DNA of 64,000 bases, from positions 2,759,294-2,823,293 of the forward strand of contig CAWGZV010000002.1 of the NCBI GenBank assembly GCA_963827155.1. Reading direction: 5' to 3'. The first letter of the stretch is position 1. Each line of letters begins with the position of its first letter. Below, piece by piece: positions 49,436 through 58,995 of this stretch. The notes beneath the pieces were generated by a model, which had not been told where the DNA came from, searched no databases, and saw only the letters and a program-made list of their open reading frames with translations. The translations under genes and the position numbers were made by a program. Source of the stretch: an uncultured Chloroflexia bacterium (GTDB taxonomy: Bacteria > Chloroflexota > Anaerolineae > Anaerolineales > UBA4823).

Positions 49436-49451
49436 TGTGACACAAGTCACA
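49436..49451. promoter_or_regulatory. Second exact TGTGA-N6-TCACA palindrome
   Basis: TGTGAcacaagTCACA between the small ORF and the 3' end of the nth-like gene. Function unclear given the convergent context. Confidence 0.25.
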
Positions 49452-49476
49452 ATGAGAAAATGGGGAGTGTGGATTG

Positions 49477-50145
49477 TTAATGCTGCTCAATCCCATTAAA
49501 ATAATTACAAACTGCCTGCAGTGGGCATTGGGGACAATTGGGTTTGCGGGCATGGCAGATTTCACGCCCAAGGCGGATTAAGTTGAGATGTAAATCGAAA
49601 TAGGTTTCGGGAGGAAACAGCTTCTCTAGATGAGCGTGCGTCTGTTCAACGTTCAACTTCTCTGCCCTGAGACCAATTCTCCCGGTAACCCTATAGATAT
49701 GAGTATCCACAGGGAAAGCGGGTTTTGATAGCGAGAAGAGCAACACAATAGCGGCAGTTTTCGGTCCGACGCCGTTGAATTTTAAAAGCCAGGACTTTGC
49801 TTCCTCAACCGGCAAGCTCGCCAGAAAATCAAGATCCAAAGCGCCGCGCTCGTTGGATATTTCTTTTAGAATGTGCTGGATGCGTGGACCTTTTTGATTT
49901 GCGAGACCTGCGGGACGAATTGTATCAACTACAATTTCCGGATTCGCATCACGAACGGCCTCCCAATTAGGAAAGCGGCTTTTCAACGCCAGAAAGGCCC
50001 GGTCCCGATTCGCATCATTTGTGTTCTGCGAAAGCACTGTTGAAATAAGTTCATCCAGGGCAGATAGGGGAGGACGCCATTGTGGGAAACCAAAGAAATC
50101 CAACAGGAAATCGCGAACGAAGGCGGCTTTTTCCTCCAAAGACAT
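49477..50145 (-). CDS. Endonuclease III-like HhH-GPD DNA glycosylase with 4Fe-4S cluster
   Basis: FNGVGPKTAAIV (HhH with Lys), VDTHIYRV (Asp), CHARKPNCPQCPLQAVC cluster. Start at ATG 50145; the track ORF extends to 50253, overlapping the upstream gene. Confidence 0.85.
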   Translation of the reverse strand: MSLEEKAAFVRDFLLDFFGFPQWRPPLSALDELISTVLSQNTNDANRDRAFLALKSRFPNWEAVRDANPEIVVDTIRPAGLANQKGPRIQHILKEISNERGALDLDFLASLPVEEAKSWLLKFNGVGPKTAAIVLLFSLSKPAFPVDTHIYRVTGRIGLRAEKLNVEQTHAHLEKLFPPETYFDLHLNLIRLGREICHARKPNCPQCPLQAVCNYFNGIEQH

Positions 50146-50170
50146 CTGTTCGTCCAACGCGCCTCCGTTA

Positions 50171-51265
50171 TTAATTGAGATTTCTATAACTGTCCAGTTT
50201 GAAAGTTGGATAGGAATGTCCAACCTGGAGATTGCGCCAGTTTTCGACAACAAATTCAGGTCCGAAATCTACCAGCATCTCCAGATCCGACGGCTTTAAT
50301 ACCTCAAGCTGCCTTAGAACTTCAACAGCAACAGCTGTGCGAACTTTTTTGCGGTCATCTCCGTCTGCAATCTTCATCGCAATCCCTACAGCTTGAGATC
50401 CTGAGGCAAGCGTATCCGGCATCAGCCCAATCCCTTGAAACGCTTCAGCTCCGGTTTTTGACACAACTCTTCCACCGGTCACCTGCATGAGAACAGTATC
50501 GAATTGTCCAGGACCGCCGACCATATCTGGTCTGTCAGTCATCGCGGCCGTTATTTCACGACATGCGCGAGCGCGGGCGGGTGGCAGAACACAGCCTGCT
50601 TCTGGATCGCAGAGCCGCGCATAAGCCAGGGCTGCATTACGAAGCGGAACAGCAAAATTGGGCGCTGAACAACCGTCTATTCCCAATTCAACCCTCTCAG
50701 TTGGTAGATCGCACATCTGAGCGAAGGTTTTCAAGATTTCCTTTTGGATTGGATGGGTCGGATCGATATACTCCAGATCCAACGGTACGGGTTCTCCGCG
50801 TGCGATTTTCAATCGTGCGTAAGCAAGCATACCAGTATGTTTTCCAGAACAGTTATGCCGGTTTGCAGATATGGGTTCATTCAGTGCGTGCATTCTCTCA
50901 GCGGTTGGTTCATGAAAGGGTTTGTGCACACCACAAAGCAGCTCCGCTTCGGAAACACCCACCTTTTCCTGGATCGATTGGACCGTGGCAACGTGCTCAT
51001 CTGTGCCTGAGTGTGAGGCGCAGAGAATTGCCTGCTCAGGAACAGATAGGTTGAAAAATCCAGGTCCGCCTTGCTCGAAAAATGGGAGCGCTTGAAAAGG
51101 TTTAGCTGTTGAGCGCAAGAAAGTCACAGCATCTGGGTCGCCGTATGAAAAGAGCAGTATTCCATGGACATCGACAACCGCAATAGCACCGAAATGGACT
51201 GATTCAACTGTACCGCCGCGCGTGAGCTCAAATATTGGCGAGTATGGATTTTTATGATTCTTCAT
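50171..51265 (-). CDS. Asparaginase II family (Rhizobium-type) protein
   Basis: ..ELTRGGTVESVHFGAIAVVD..FLRSTAKPFQALP..NCSGKHTGML... Start uncertain (ATG 51265 vs GTG 51310). Confidence 0.78.
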   Translation of the reverse strand: MKNHKNPYSPIFELTRGGTVESVHFGAIAVVDVHGILLFSYGDPDAVTFLRSTAKPFQALPFFEQGGPGFFNLSVPEQAILCASHSGTDEHVATVQSIQEKVGVSEAELLCGVHKPFHEPTAERMHALNEPISANRHNCSGKHTGMLAYARLKIARGEPVPLDLEYIDPTHPIQKEILKTFAQMCDLPTERVELGIDGCSAPNFAVPLRNAALAYARLCDPEAGCVLPPARARACREITAAMTDRPDMVGGPGQFDTVLMQVTGGRVVSKTGAEAFQGIGLMPDTLASGSQAVGIAMKIADGDDRKKVRTAVAVEVLRQLEVLKPSDLEMLVDFGPEFVVENWRNLQVGHSYPTFKLDSYRNLN

Positions 51266-51322
51266 AGGGTCGATGGCGTTTCTATTTAAAGAATTTTCGA
51301 TATTTCTCACTCAAAAAAACGA

Positions 51323-52198
51323 TCATTGTTCTTCATCTTCGATTTCAGGCTGACCGATTACATTGGAAGGGCGAAAACGACGGGCGTAATATTGATGGAG
51401 CCCATACCGCAATCGAACGTGGAATAAATCGCGCTGCTTGCCAGAAACCTGAAATTTTGATAACAGCTTATTTGCCAGATCCTGAGTGGCTTCTGGTGGA
51501 ACATTTTTTGCTCCGAGATTTTCAACGTGCTGATTGACATCTTTCAGGAATTTTATCAAGAATTTGATATCCTCCGTTTTTGCCAATCCGCCCCGTCCGC
51601 TCACGATGTTATAACCCGCAAACTCTTTCAATAATCTTGTCAATCCATCCATCCATACAGGAAAATCTGCCTGAGCCAGAAATGGCGGTTGGCTAATTAC
51701 GATGGTATCGCCCACAAAGATCGTTTTGGATTCCGGGATGATCACCCAGATCGACCCAGGCGTTGGACCAGGTTGGTGCTCGAGCCGAACTTCCGGTCCA
51801 CCCCAATGAAGCGCCATTTTCTCTGAAAAAGTAACATCAGGCGAAGCCCAGCGCAAACCGATAGATTCGGGGTAGGTCTCCCAGACAGAACCAGTCTCCA
51901 CGCTCAGACCTTTAAAGATTGTCGGGCGGTTGCGAAATACCAGCGCGGATTTCTGGTGTGAAACGATTGTACATTCTAGGGCGCGGGTTCCTAATGTACG
52001 ATCTGGATGAGCATCCAAGCTGACAACCAAGCGATTCGAACCGCCTCGATAGTTATTTATTGCCGCTCTCCAAGACCGGGCATCTTCAGCGCGCAGCGGC
52101 GCATCGATTGCAATCGCGCCAAATGAGCATATCAGAGCGCCTACAGTAACACCGAGATAAGAATCTTCAAAATAAATATTTTGCGTTATCTGCTGCAT
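51323..52198 (-). CDS. MBL-fold protein with degenerate metal-binding motif
   Basis: Beta-lactamase-fold pattern, but HxHxDH reads DAHPDR. 291 aa. Confidence 0.55.
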   Translation of the reverse strand: MQQITQNIYFEDSYLGVTVGALICSFGAIAIDAPLRAEDARSWRAAINNYRGGSNRLVVSLDAHPDRTLGTRALECTIVSHQKSALVFRNRPTIFKGLSVETGSVWETYPESIGLRWASPDVTFSEKMALHWGGPEVRLEHQPGPTPGSIWVIIPESKTIFVGDTIVISQPPFLAQADFPVWMDGLTRLLKEFAGYNIVSGRGGLAKTEDIKFLIKFLKDVNQHVENLGAKNVPPEATQDLANKLLSKFQVSGKQRDLFHVRLRYGLHQYYARRFRPSNVIGQPEIEDEEQ

Positions 52199-52209
52199 GC
52201 TTCACTCTT

Positions 52210-53808
52210 CTAATTCCGGAATTTTTCAAGGTCTTTTACGACCGGCAAGGTAAATTTAAATCTCGCACCGTGCCCTGGTTGGCTCTCAACCCAGATTTCT
52301 CCGCCGTGAGCCAATACCGTCAGGCGGCAGTACGCTAAACCCAAGCCAAGCCCACGCGGACCATCCTGCGGTGTAAGACGAATGAACTTGTCGAAAACCC
52401 GCTTTTGATCTTCGATTGAAATGCCATGACCAGTATCCCTAACAGTGATCTCAACAAATTCACCAATTTCATGTGCACTGATCCCGATTTTCGCCTTGGT
52501 TGGTGTGAACTTGATCGCGTTCTCGAGTAGATTAATGAATACTCTTCGGATCATTTCCGCGTCCGCCAGGATAAACGGCAGATCAGCAGGAATGTCCATT
52601 ATGAGCTCCAGCTCACGATTGGAAATATTGGTGGACATCACCTCAACTGCTTCGATTGCCAAACTCATGATATTGGTGGGGTGGCGGGTGCCGATCTCGT
52701 GTCCATCCTCCAGACGGTTTATATCCAGCAAAGAATTGGTCAGGCGTTGAATCCGCTCGGTTGATCGAAGAGCAATCGTAATCAGCGAGTGGACAGATTC
52801 ATCCACACTTTCTGGAAACATTGATACCAAGATCTCCAGGCTAGAGACAATATTAGCAAGCGGAGATCGCAGGTCGTGATACACCATCGCGGTGAAATCT
52901 TCACGAATTTGATTCAGGTCTTTGATTTCGGTAATATCACGCAGAATCCATTGGAGCTGTGAATCAGGTCCGTTATGAATTTCTCGGGCATAAACCTGCA
53001 CCGGAATGTTCCGACCGGTGGGTGTGTTTAGCACCAATTTGTAATTGATGGTGCTTCCTCCAGAGAGGTTTTGGAGGTCTAGCCCGATCTTTCCGCCTTC
53101 TATCGAGATCAGATCGCGGATATTGGTCGATCCAACTTTCTCCTGTTCAATGCCCAGGATAGCTGCCGCCTGGCGGTTGAGCTCGATCAAATTCCCGTTC
53201 CAATCGCTGATCAAGATTGGATCGATGCTGTCTTCAAACAATTCATGATAACGCTGGTGAGCAGCTTGCAGTCTTTCATACAGCCGGGTGTTCCGAATTG
53301 CCACGCCAGCTTGAGTTGCAATTGCCCTGGCAAGCTCAAGGTGTTCTGCAGAAAAAAAGCCGCGTCTTGGATGGACCAGCGTCATCACGCCAACAAGTTC
53401 ATCAAGAGCCATGACGGGGACACCTAGCGCCGATTTTGCCCCAGTCTGCTCTTCTGCATCATCTGGACGATGGAGCCAACGATCATCTTCGGCTGTATTT
53501 TCGATCAAGACTGCTTTGCGGTTGCGAGCCACCCAACCCGCGAGACCTTTTTCGAAAGTCATCATCAATTGAGGTTCAGGGCGATTTCGCGCTTGACCAG
53601 AAATCAAAAAGGCCGAATCAATGGGCTTACCAACTTCATCCAGGACGAGGATGCTTCCACTGATCGCCTCAACATTTTTCATCGAGAGATTGAGCACACG
53701 CTCTAATACCGTGTGTAGATCAAGAGTAGAGGCCACTTCTCGACCGACTTCAAAAAGCAGCTCTAATGAATCTCGGGCGCTGAGCGCAAAATGATCTGTG
53801 TTAGCCAT
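52210..53808 (-). CDS. GAF-PAS sensor histidine kinase
   Basis: GAF (..ISGSILVLDEVGKP..), PAS, H-box YHDLRSPL, N-box LLENAIKFT, DTGHGI, GLGLGLAY. Confidence 0.9.
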   Translation of the reverse strand: MANTDHFALSARDSLELLFEVGREVASTLDLHTVLERVLNLSMKNVEAISGSILVLDEVGKPIDSAFLISGQARNRPEPQLMMTFEKGLAGWVARNRKAVLIENTAEDDRWLHRPDDAEEQTGAKSALGVPVMALDELVGVMTLVHPRRGFFSAEHLELARAIATQAGVAIRNTRLYERLQAAHQRYHELFEDSIDPILISDWNGNLIELNRQAAAILGIEQEKVGSTNIRDLISIEGGKIGLDLQNLSGGSTINYKLVLNTPTGRNIPVQVYAREIHNGPDSQLQWILRDITEIKDLNQIREDFTAMVYHDLRSPLANIVSSLEILVSMFPESVDESVHSLITIALRSTERIQRLTNSLLDINRLEDGHEIGTRHPTNIMSLAIEAVEVMSTNISNRELELIMDIPADLPFILADAEMIRRVFINLLENAIKFTPTKAKIGISAHEIGEFVEITVRDTGHGISIEDQKRVFDKFIRLTPQDGPRGLGLGLAYCRLTVLAHGGEIWVESQPGHGARFKFTLPVVKDLEKFRN

Positions 53809-53867
53809 TAGGATAAACCCGTAAGGTCTGGAAAAGATGGCTGTCGAACTCGGAAATCATCAATCCG

Positions 53868-53876
53868 AGTATAGCA
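53868..53876 (-). promoter_or_regulatory. Extended -10 TGCTATACT upstream of the histidine kinase operon
   Basis: Minus strand TGCTATACT about 60 nt upstream of ATG 53808. Confidence 0.4.
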
Positions 53877-53922
53877 CACCCGCTTCGTATGAAATATTTC
53901 AATACATTAAACCCGTAATCGG

Positions 53923-54921
53923 TCAATTCTGAAGCTTCACATGAGGGAGATCTAACATCAGGACTTCTGTTGCAAGCCGGGTATTCACGTTGGATTCGAG
54001 CAGGCTGATCGTGCGCTCTATCGAGAAAAGCGCTCGTTTCGCCGAAGTTAAATCGAGTTGATGGGCTATAGCGTCGATCGAATTTTGATAGTCCAGGTTC
54101 GTTATTGGCACTGCTGCATCAGCGGACTTTATAACCACATCTCGCCAGAGAGATAACCAATCCATCAGCCGATCTCGGATGCGATCTTTTTCCTTCGCAA
54201 GTTCCTCTGAGCGAGCAAACCTCGCGACGCGATCTGCCATTAATAACCATAACATCTCGCCCAGATTTTCCCGGCGCTGCTCCAGCAGCTCGGGCTTCCC
54301 AGCCATGCGCAAAGCAAGCCCAGGTTTTCCACTCGAGATACGAGCCAGCAAAGCAGCTCGGTCTGCGGATAAATTCGCGCTTGACTGCAGCCCTACCGCC
54401 AGAGCATCCAACTGGAGGGGGCGCAAACGAAGAATTTCACAACGGGAAACCACAGTTGGCAGCAAGTTCTCAGGATTATCGGCGGTGATCAGAATGATGA
54501 CTTTGGAAGGAGGCTCTTCTAAGGTTTTTAAAAGCGCATTCATCGCGCTCAAGTGGGCTTCTTCAAATCTCAGAAGCAGGGCGATGCGGTAGTGCGCCTC
54601 GTATGGATGCAGCGCCAGGCTGTGCTCAAGCTCCCGGATTTGGTCCACCTTTAACGTCCCACCTTCTTTCTCTGCCTGAACTATAAACAAATCTGCCATT
54701 TGCATCTTTTGGATTTGGGAGCATATGCGGCATGATCGACAAGGGACGCCAGGTTCAGGCGGACTTGAACAGTTCAAAGCCTGAGCCATTCGGAGCGCAA
54801 GCGTTCTGCGGCCGACACCATTTGGACCACAGATTAGATATGCATGGCGCACAACACCATTGGAAATATGCCCTTGGAGCAGGTTTACCGCCCATTCATG
54901 ACCCAACAGATCCCAATTCAT
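53923..54921 (-). CDS. holB: DNA polymerase III subunit delta'
   Basis: HAYLICGPNGVGRRTLA, zinc module CRSCRIC, SRC motif VVSRCEILRL. Start at ATG 54921 (MNWDLLGHEWAV); the track ORF extends to 54957. Confidence 0.88.
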   Translation of the reverse strand: MNWDLLGHEWAVNLLQGHISNGVVRHAYLICGPNGVGRRTLALRMAQALNCSSPPEPGVPCRSCRICSQIQKMQMADLFIVQAEKEGGTLKVDQIRELEHSLALHPYEAHYRIALLLRFEEAHLSAMNALLKTLEEPPSKVIILITADNPENLLPTVVSRCEILRLRPLQLDALAVGLQSSANLSADRAALLARISSGKPGLALRMAGKPELLEQRRENLGEMLWLLMADRVARFARSEELAKEKDRIRDRLMDWLSLWRDVVIKSADAAVPITNLDYQNSIDAIAHQLDLTSAKRALFSIERTISLLESNVNTRLATEVLMLDLPHVKLQN

Positions 54922-54928
54922 CGCGGTG

Positions 54929-54934
54929 ATTGTA
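54929..54934 (-). promoter_or_regulatory. -10 TACAAT, 7 nt upstream of the holB ATG (leaderless candidate)
   Basis: Minus strand gcgcTACAAT-caccgcg-ATG. Confidence 0.35.
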
Positions 54935-54981
54935 GCGCATTGGCAAAATAATAGCAATAAATTAAGGCTCTCAGGTCGCTG

Positions 54982-54990
54982 TGCTATAAT
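54982..54990 (+). promoter_or_regulatory. Extended -10 TGCTATAAT upstream of pcrA/uvrD
   Basis: Exact TGnTATAAT 56 nt upstream of GTG 55046. Confidence 0.5.
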
Positions 54991-55045
54991 GCCTTTTTGA
55001 TTTATTATCCCTTAAATTGTCTTTCAACGCTGGAACAAACAAAAA

Positions 55046-57247
55046 GTGGATTGGTACGATTCTCTCAACGACCAGCAGCAGCAAGCAGTTCGTGCTGGAT
55101 CGGGCCCCATATTGGTGTTAGCCGGGCCCGGATCTGGAAAAACTCGCGTCCTCACCCATCGAATCGCTCATTTGATCGGATCGCTTGGCGTACGACCGTA
55201 TAATATCTTAGCGGTCACCTTTACCAACAAAGCAGCTCGAGAAATGGAGGCTCGGGTAAAAGATCTGGTTGGAGAGGACCTCCATGGACTCGCTTTAGGT
55301 ACCTTTCATGCCATATGTGCAAGAATCCTTCGCCGCGAATCCGATCATCTGCCGTTTAAATCTAATTTTGTAATCTTCGACCAGGACGATCAATTTAACC
55401 TGGTCAAACAGGCAATTGCAGAGTTGAACCTGGATGATAAACGCTATCGTCCACAATCTGTGCACGCTTTGATTTCAAATTCCAAAAACGAGCTGATCCT
55501 GCCAGACGATTACCCCATACAGAATTACCGCGACGAGGTTGTACAGCGGGTTTACCGACGTTACCAAGAGATGCTTTTGACAAACAATGCACTCGATTTT
55601 GATGACTTGCTGCTTTGGACTGCGCAATTGCTGGAGGAAAATCAGCCTGTTCGGGAATGGTATGCCCGTCGCTTCGAACATATCCTTGTCGACGAGTTCC
55701 AAGACACCAACATGGCGCAATACCAGCTTCTGCGAAACATCTCATCGTTCCATCATAATTTATTTGCGGTCGGTGATGCAGACCAGTCAATTTACCGTTG
55801 GAGAGGCGCGGATTACCGCAATGTAATCCGGTTTAGAGAGAATTTCCGTGACGCCCAGCTGATCTTACTGGAACAGAATTACCGCTCCAAGCAGGCTATT
55901 CTTGATCTTGCTACCGCGGTGATTGACCGAAATCCGCAGCGCACGCCAAAACGGCTCTATTCCGAGCTTGGACAGGGACAGAAACCTATTCTTTATGAGG
56001 CATACGACGATCGAGTCGAAGCCGCGTTCGTAGTCGATATGATCAGGAAATTGATGACTGCTGAACATCTAGAGCCGGGGAGTTTCGCGGTGATGTATCG
56101 AACGAATGCCCAGTCACGATTGCTGGAAGAGGCATTCTTGCAGACTGGAATCCCTTATAAACTGGTTGGGGCGCAGAAGTTCTACGGTCGAAAAGAGATC
56201 AAAGACGTAGTCGCCTATCTTCGTTTGATCCATAATCCGAGCGACGAGCTCAGTCTGATCCGGATTATCAACACTCCCCCTCGCGGCATTGGCAACAAGA
56301 CCTACCTTCAGCTAAAAATGCTCGCCCAACGCGAAAATTTATCACCGGGCAGCCTGCTTCAACAGCTTGTGAAATCTGAAAACGAAGCCCTGCTGGAAAC
56401 ATTGGGAGGGAGGGCAAAAACGGCCTTATCGAATTTTGCTGGTCAATTGGTGGGCTGGCTGAAACTTCGTCTGGAACTGGGGCCGCTGGAAATCATGGAT
56501 CGGGTCATCGAGAATACAGACCTGCATTCTTATATCGACGACGGAACCGATGAAGGGCGAGAGCGCTGGGAAAACGTTTTTGAGCTCCGCAGGCTTGCTT
56601 CCGAGTACCAAGAGTTGGGGCTTGAAGCCTTTCTCGAAAGAGTGGCTCTCGTATCGGATCAGGACACTATCGACACAAACTCGAATGTTCCCACCTTACT
56701 GACCCTGCACGCCGCTAAAGGACTTGAGTTCCCGGTTGTTTTTATTACCGGTCTTAACGATGGTCTCCTTCCGCACAGCCGATCCTTCGAAGATCCAGAA
56801 GCCATGCAAGAAGAACGCCGCCTTTTTTATGTGGGCATTACTCGAACCAAGAACCAGCTGTTTTTGACTTACGCCCAAAACCGCTCATCTTTTGGTTACG
56901 GCGAACCGGTTGTTCCATCCCGTTACCTCGATGATATTCCTTACGACTTGATCGATGAGATCCAACCAGCACGGCATGAAGCGCGCCCTTCTAGATCGAG
57001 AATAATCCGATCCGAACGTTGGGAAACGGATTTACAAGCATTGAAGAAAAGCCAACAAGGGGAGAAAAGCCAGTCGATCCTGCAACAGTTTACGGCAGGA
57101 ATGCGGGTAGCACACCCAACCTGGGGTGAAGGAATGGTTCTGAACAGCCGAATTCAAGATGGAGACGAAATCGTTGATGTCTTCTTCGCCGGAATTGGTT
57201 TAAAACACCTCGCTGCCTCTCTGGCAAAACTCGAGATAAAGACATAG
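55046..57247 (+). CDS. pcrA: ATP-dependent DNA helicase PcrA/UvrD (SF1A)
   Basis: AGPGSGKT, VDEFQDT, LEQNYRS, TLHAAKGLEF, YVGITR. GTG start. Confidence 0.93.
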   Translation: MDWYDSLNDQQQQAVRAGSGPILVLAGPGSGKTRVLTHRIAHLIGSLGVRPYNILAVTFTNKAAREMEARVKDLVGEDLHGLALGTFHAICARILRRESDHLPFKSNFVIFDQDDQFNLVKQAIAELNLDDKRYRPQSVHALISNSKNELILPDDYPIQNYRDEVVQRVYRRYQEMLLTNNALDFDDLLLWTAQLLEENQPVREWYARRFEHILVDEFQDTNMAQYQLLRNISSFHHNLFAVGDADQSIYRWRGADYRNVIRFRENFRDAQLILLEQNYRSKQAILDLATAVIDRNPQRTPKRLYSELGQGQKPILYEAYDDRVEAAFVVDMIRKLMTAEHLEPGSFAVMYRTNAQSRLLEEAFLQTGIPYKLVGAQKFYGRKEIKDVVAYLRLIHNPSDELSLIRIINTPPRGIGNKTYLQLKMLAQRENLSPGSLLQQLVKSENEALLETLGGRAKTALSNFAGQLVGWLKLRLELGPLEIMDRVIENTDLHSYIDDGTDEGRERWENVFELRRLASEYQELGLEAFLERVALVSDQDTIDTNSNVPTLLTLHAAKGLEFPVVFITGLNDGLLPHSRSFEDPEAMQEERRLFYVGITRTKNQLFLTYAQNRSSFGYGEPVVPSRYLDDIPYDLIDEIQPARHEARPSRSRIIRSERWETDLQALKKSQQGEKSQSILQQFTAGMRVAHPTWGEGMVLNSRIQDGDEIVDVFFAGIGLKHLAASLAKLEIKT

Positions 57248-57249
57248 GT

Positions 57250-57255
57250 TATAAT
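57250..57255 (+). promoter_or_regulatory. -10 TATAAT, 8 nt upstream of the tsaE ATG (leaderless candidate)
   Basis: ggtTATAAT-cctcagcg-ATG, directly after the pcrA stop. Confidence 0.3.
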
Positions 57256-57263
57256 CCTCAGCG

Positions 57264-57764
57264 ATGCCCGTTCTGGATCAAAAATCGTTGGAGTTTATCA
57301 GCCGAAGCGCGGAACAAACCCGGCGAATAGGGATGCGGCTAGGCGCCTTGCTCCAGACAGGCGATCTTATTTGCCTGGTTGGCGATTTGGGAGCCGGAAA
57401 AACTACATTCGTTCAAGGTCTCGCGGCTGGCTGGGGCTCTCCAGATGCGACATCCAGTCCTACATTTGTAATTGTGAATGTCTACCGACGACCAGAAGGC
57501 ACCCGCATGTTCCATATGGATGCCTACCGATTGGCCAGCTCCGACGAAGCCGAAGATTTGGATATCGATGCTATGTTAGAAAATGGTCCGCTGGTAGTGG
57601 AGTGGGCAGATCGGATTCAGCCGGTCTTTCCCGAAGGATATCTTTGGATCTCGATGCGCTGGATAGAGGACTCACAGCGCGATATGGTTTTCTCTGCTCA
57701 GGGAGTACGGCATTCGTCCATACTGGACCATCTGCGCAATTATATCTCTGGTGCTCGTTCATGA
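57264..57764 (+). CDS. tsaE: tRNA t6A37 biosynthesis ATPase TsaE
   Basis: P-loop GDLGAGKTTFVQG, ..SPTF.., ..HMDAYRL... Confidence 0.9.
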   Translation: MPVLDQKSLEFISRSAEQTRRIGMRLGALLQTGDLICLVGDLGAGKTTFVQGLAAGWGSPDATSSPTFVIVNVYRRPEGTRMFHMDAYRLASSDEAEDLDIDAMLENGPLVVEWADRIQPVFPEGYLWISMRWIEDSQRDMVFSAQGVRHSSILDHLRNYISGARS

Positions 57765-58447
57765 CCCGCTCATCTGCAATCCTACTGGCTATTGATACAT
57801 CCACCCGGTCGGTCGGTGTAGCTTTATACGATGGTGAAAAGATCCTAAACGAAACAACCTGGAACAGCGCAGACTATCACACCGTCGAGCTGGCACCAGC
57901 AGTCGAGCAAGCATTCCAAAGGGTCAATTTGGATCCTGATACTTTGAGCGCCCTGGCTGTTGCAATTGGACCGGGATCTTTCACCGGTCTGCGGATTGGG
58001 CTTGCGTTTGCAAAAGGATTTGCGCTAACCCGGCACCTGCCGATTCTCGGAGTACCAACGCTTGAAATCCTGGCATACGCCCAACCCCTCAGCGATGCAT
58101 CTTTAGCGACCGTTCTGCGAGCGGGACGCGGTCGACTGGCAGTCGGGTGGTTCGAAAATCAGCGAAAAAGCTGGCGGCTTTCAAAGGATATTGAGGTATG
58201 CACGCCGACCGAGCTGGGCAGCAAGATTTCCAAGCCAACGATCATATGCGGTGAATTGAGCGATGTGGAACGCGATCTGCTGCGCCAGGTTTCCCCTTAT
58301 GTTTCGCTGGCCTCGCCGGCTCAATCGCTGCGCCGAACAGGCTACCTGGCAGAACTCGCATGGAAGCGGTGGAAGTCTGGAAACACAGACGATCCAGCCT
58401 CGCTGTCACCGATCTATCTCCACTACAATGAGCCAATTCCCGGATGA
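57761..58447 (+). CDS. tsaB: tRNA t6A37 biosynthesis protein TsaB
   Basis: MTRSSAILLAIDTSTRSVGVAL.., GPGSFTGLRIG. ATGA overlap with the tsaE stop. The track ORF 57371..58447 carries a spurious N-terminal extension. Confidence 0.9.
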   Translation: MTRSSAILLAIDTSTRSVGVALYDGEKILNETTWNSADYHTVELAPAVEQAFQRVNLDPDTLSALAVAIGPGSFTGLRIGLAFAKGFALTRHLPILGVPTLEILAYAQPLSDASLATVLRAGRGRLAVGWFENQRKSWRLSKDIEVCTPTELGSKISKPTIICGELSDVERDLLRQVSPYVSLASPAQSLRRTGYLAELAWKRWKSGNTDDPASLSPIYLHYNEPIPG

Positions 58448-58995
58448 AAGAAACAACAGCGAGTATTCGAACCGTGATTCACATCCGCCCGATGGCAGAC
58501 AACGACATTCCCAGGGTGTTGGAAATTGACCGGCAGTCCTTCAGTCTACCCTGGCCGCCAAGCTCTTATCACTATGAACTGCATGAAAATCCTGGGTCTG
58601 CGCTTTGGGTTGCGGTGCTGCAGGAGCCTGGACAGGATGATCTTGTTGTTGGGATGATCGTGGTCTGGTTTATTGTCGATGAAGCCCATATCGCTACCCT
58701 CGCAGTCGATCCAGTCTACCGCAGACGCAACATCGCGCGACAGCTCCTGGATACTGCGCTTCAAGCAATAGTAGCGCGGGGGTTGAATAGAGCAACGCTG
58801 GAAGTACGGGCGAACAATATCGCTGCTAAAAATCTCTATCAAGGTTTTGGATTCGACACAGCAGGAATACGTCCGCGATACTATCGGGATAACAATGAAG
58901 ATGCCTGGATTATGTCGGTTCAAGATTTGACCCTCGATAATCTAAGCGGGTTTACGGATGTCCTTTCCAATTCTGGATCAGGAGAGAAGTTATGA
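58444..58995 (+). CDS. rimI: Ribosomal protein S18-alanine N-acetyltransferase
   Basis: GNAT core ..IATLAVDPVYRRRNIARQLL... Conserved tsaB-rimI linkage with overlapping stop/start. Confidence 0.85.
   Translation: MKETTASIRTVIHIRPMADNDIPRVLEIDRQSFSLPWPPSSYHYELHENPGSALWVAVLQEPGQDDLVVGMIVVWFIVDEAHIATLAVDPVYRRRNIARQLLDTALQAIVARGLNRATLEVRANNIAAKNLYQGFGFDTAGIRPRYYRDNNEDAWIMSVQDLTLDNLSGFTDVLSNSGSGEKL

Noticed and set aside
49436-49451. The TGTGAC/GTCACA hairpin as a Rho-independent terminator for nth or the small ORF
   Set aside because: The stem is only 6 bp and AT-rich, and neither strand has a T tract following the hairpin.
57371-57760. N-terminal 130 codons of ORF 57371..58447, which would give a 358-aa TsaB
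   Set aside because: This part overlaps tsaE out of frame and is Arg/Ser/Cys-rich nonsense. The TsaB family N-terminus (MTRSSAILLAIDTS) starts at ATG 57761 with an ATGA overlap to the tsaE stop.
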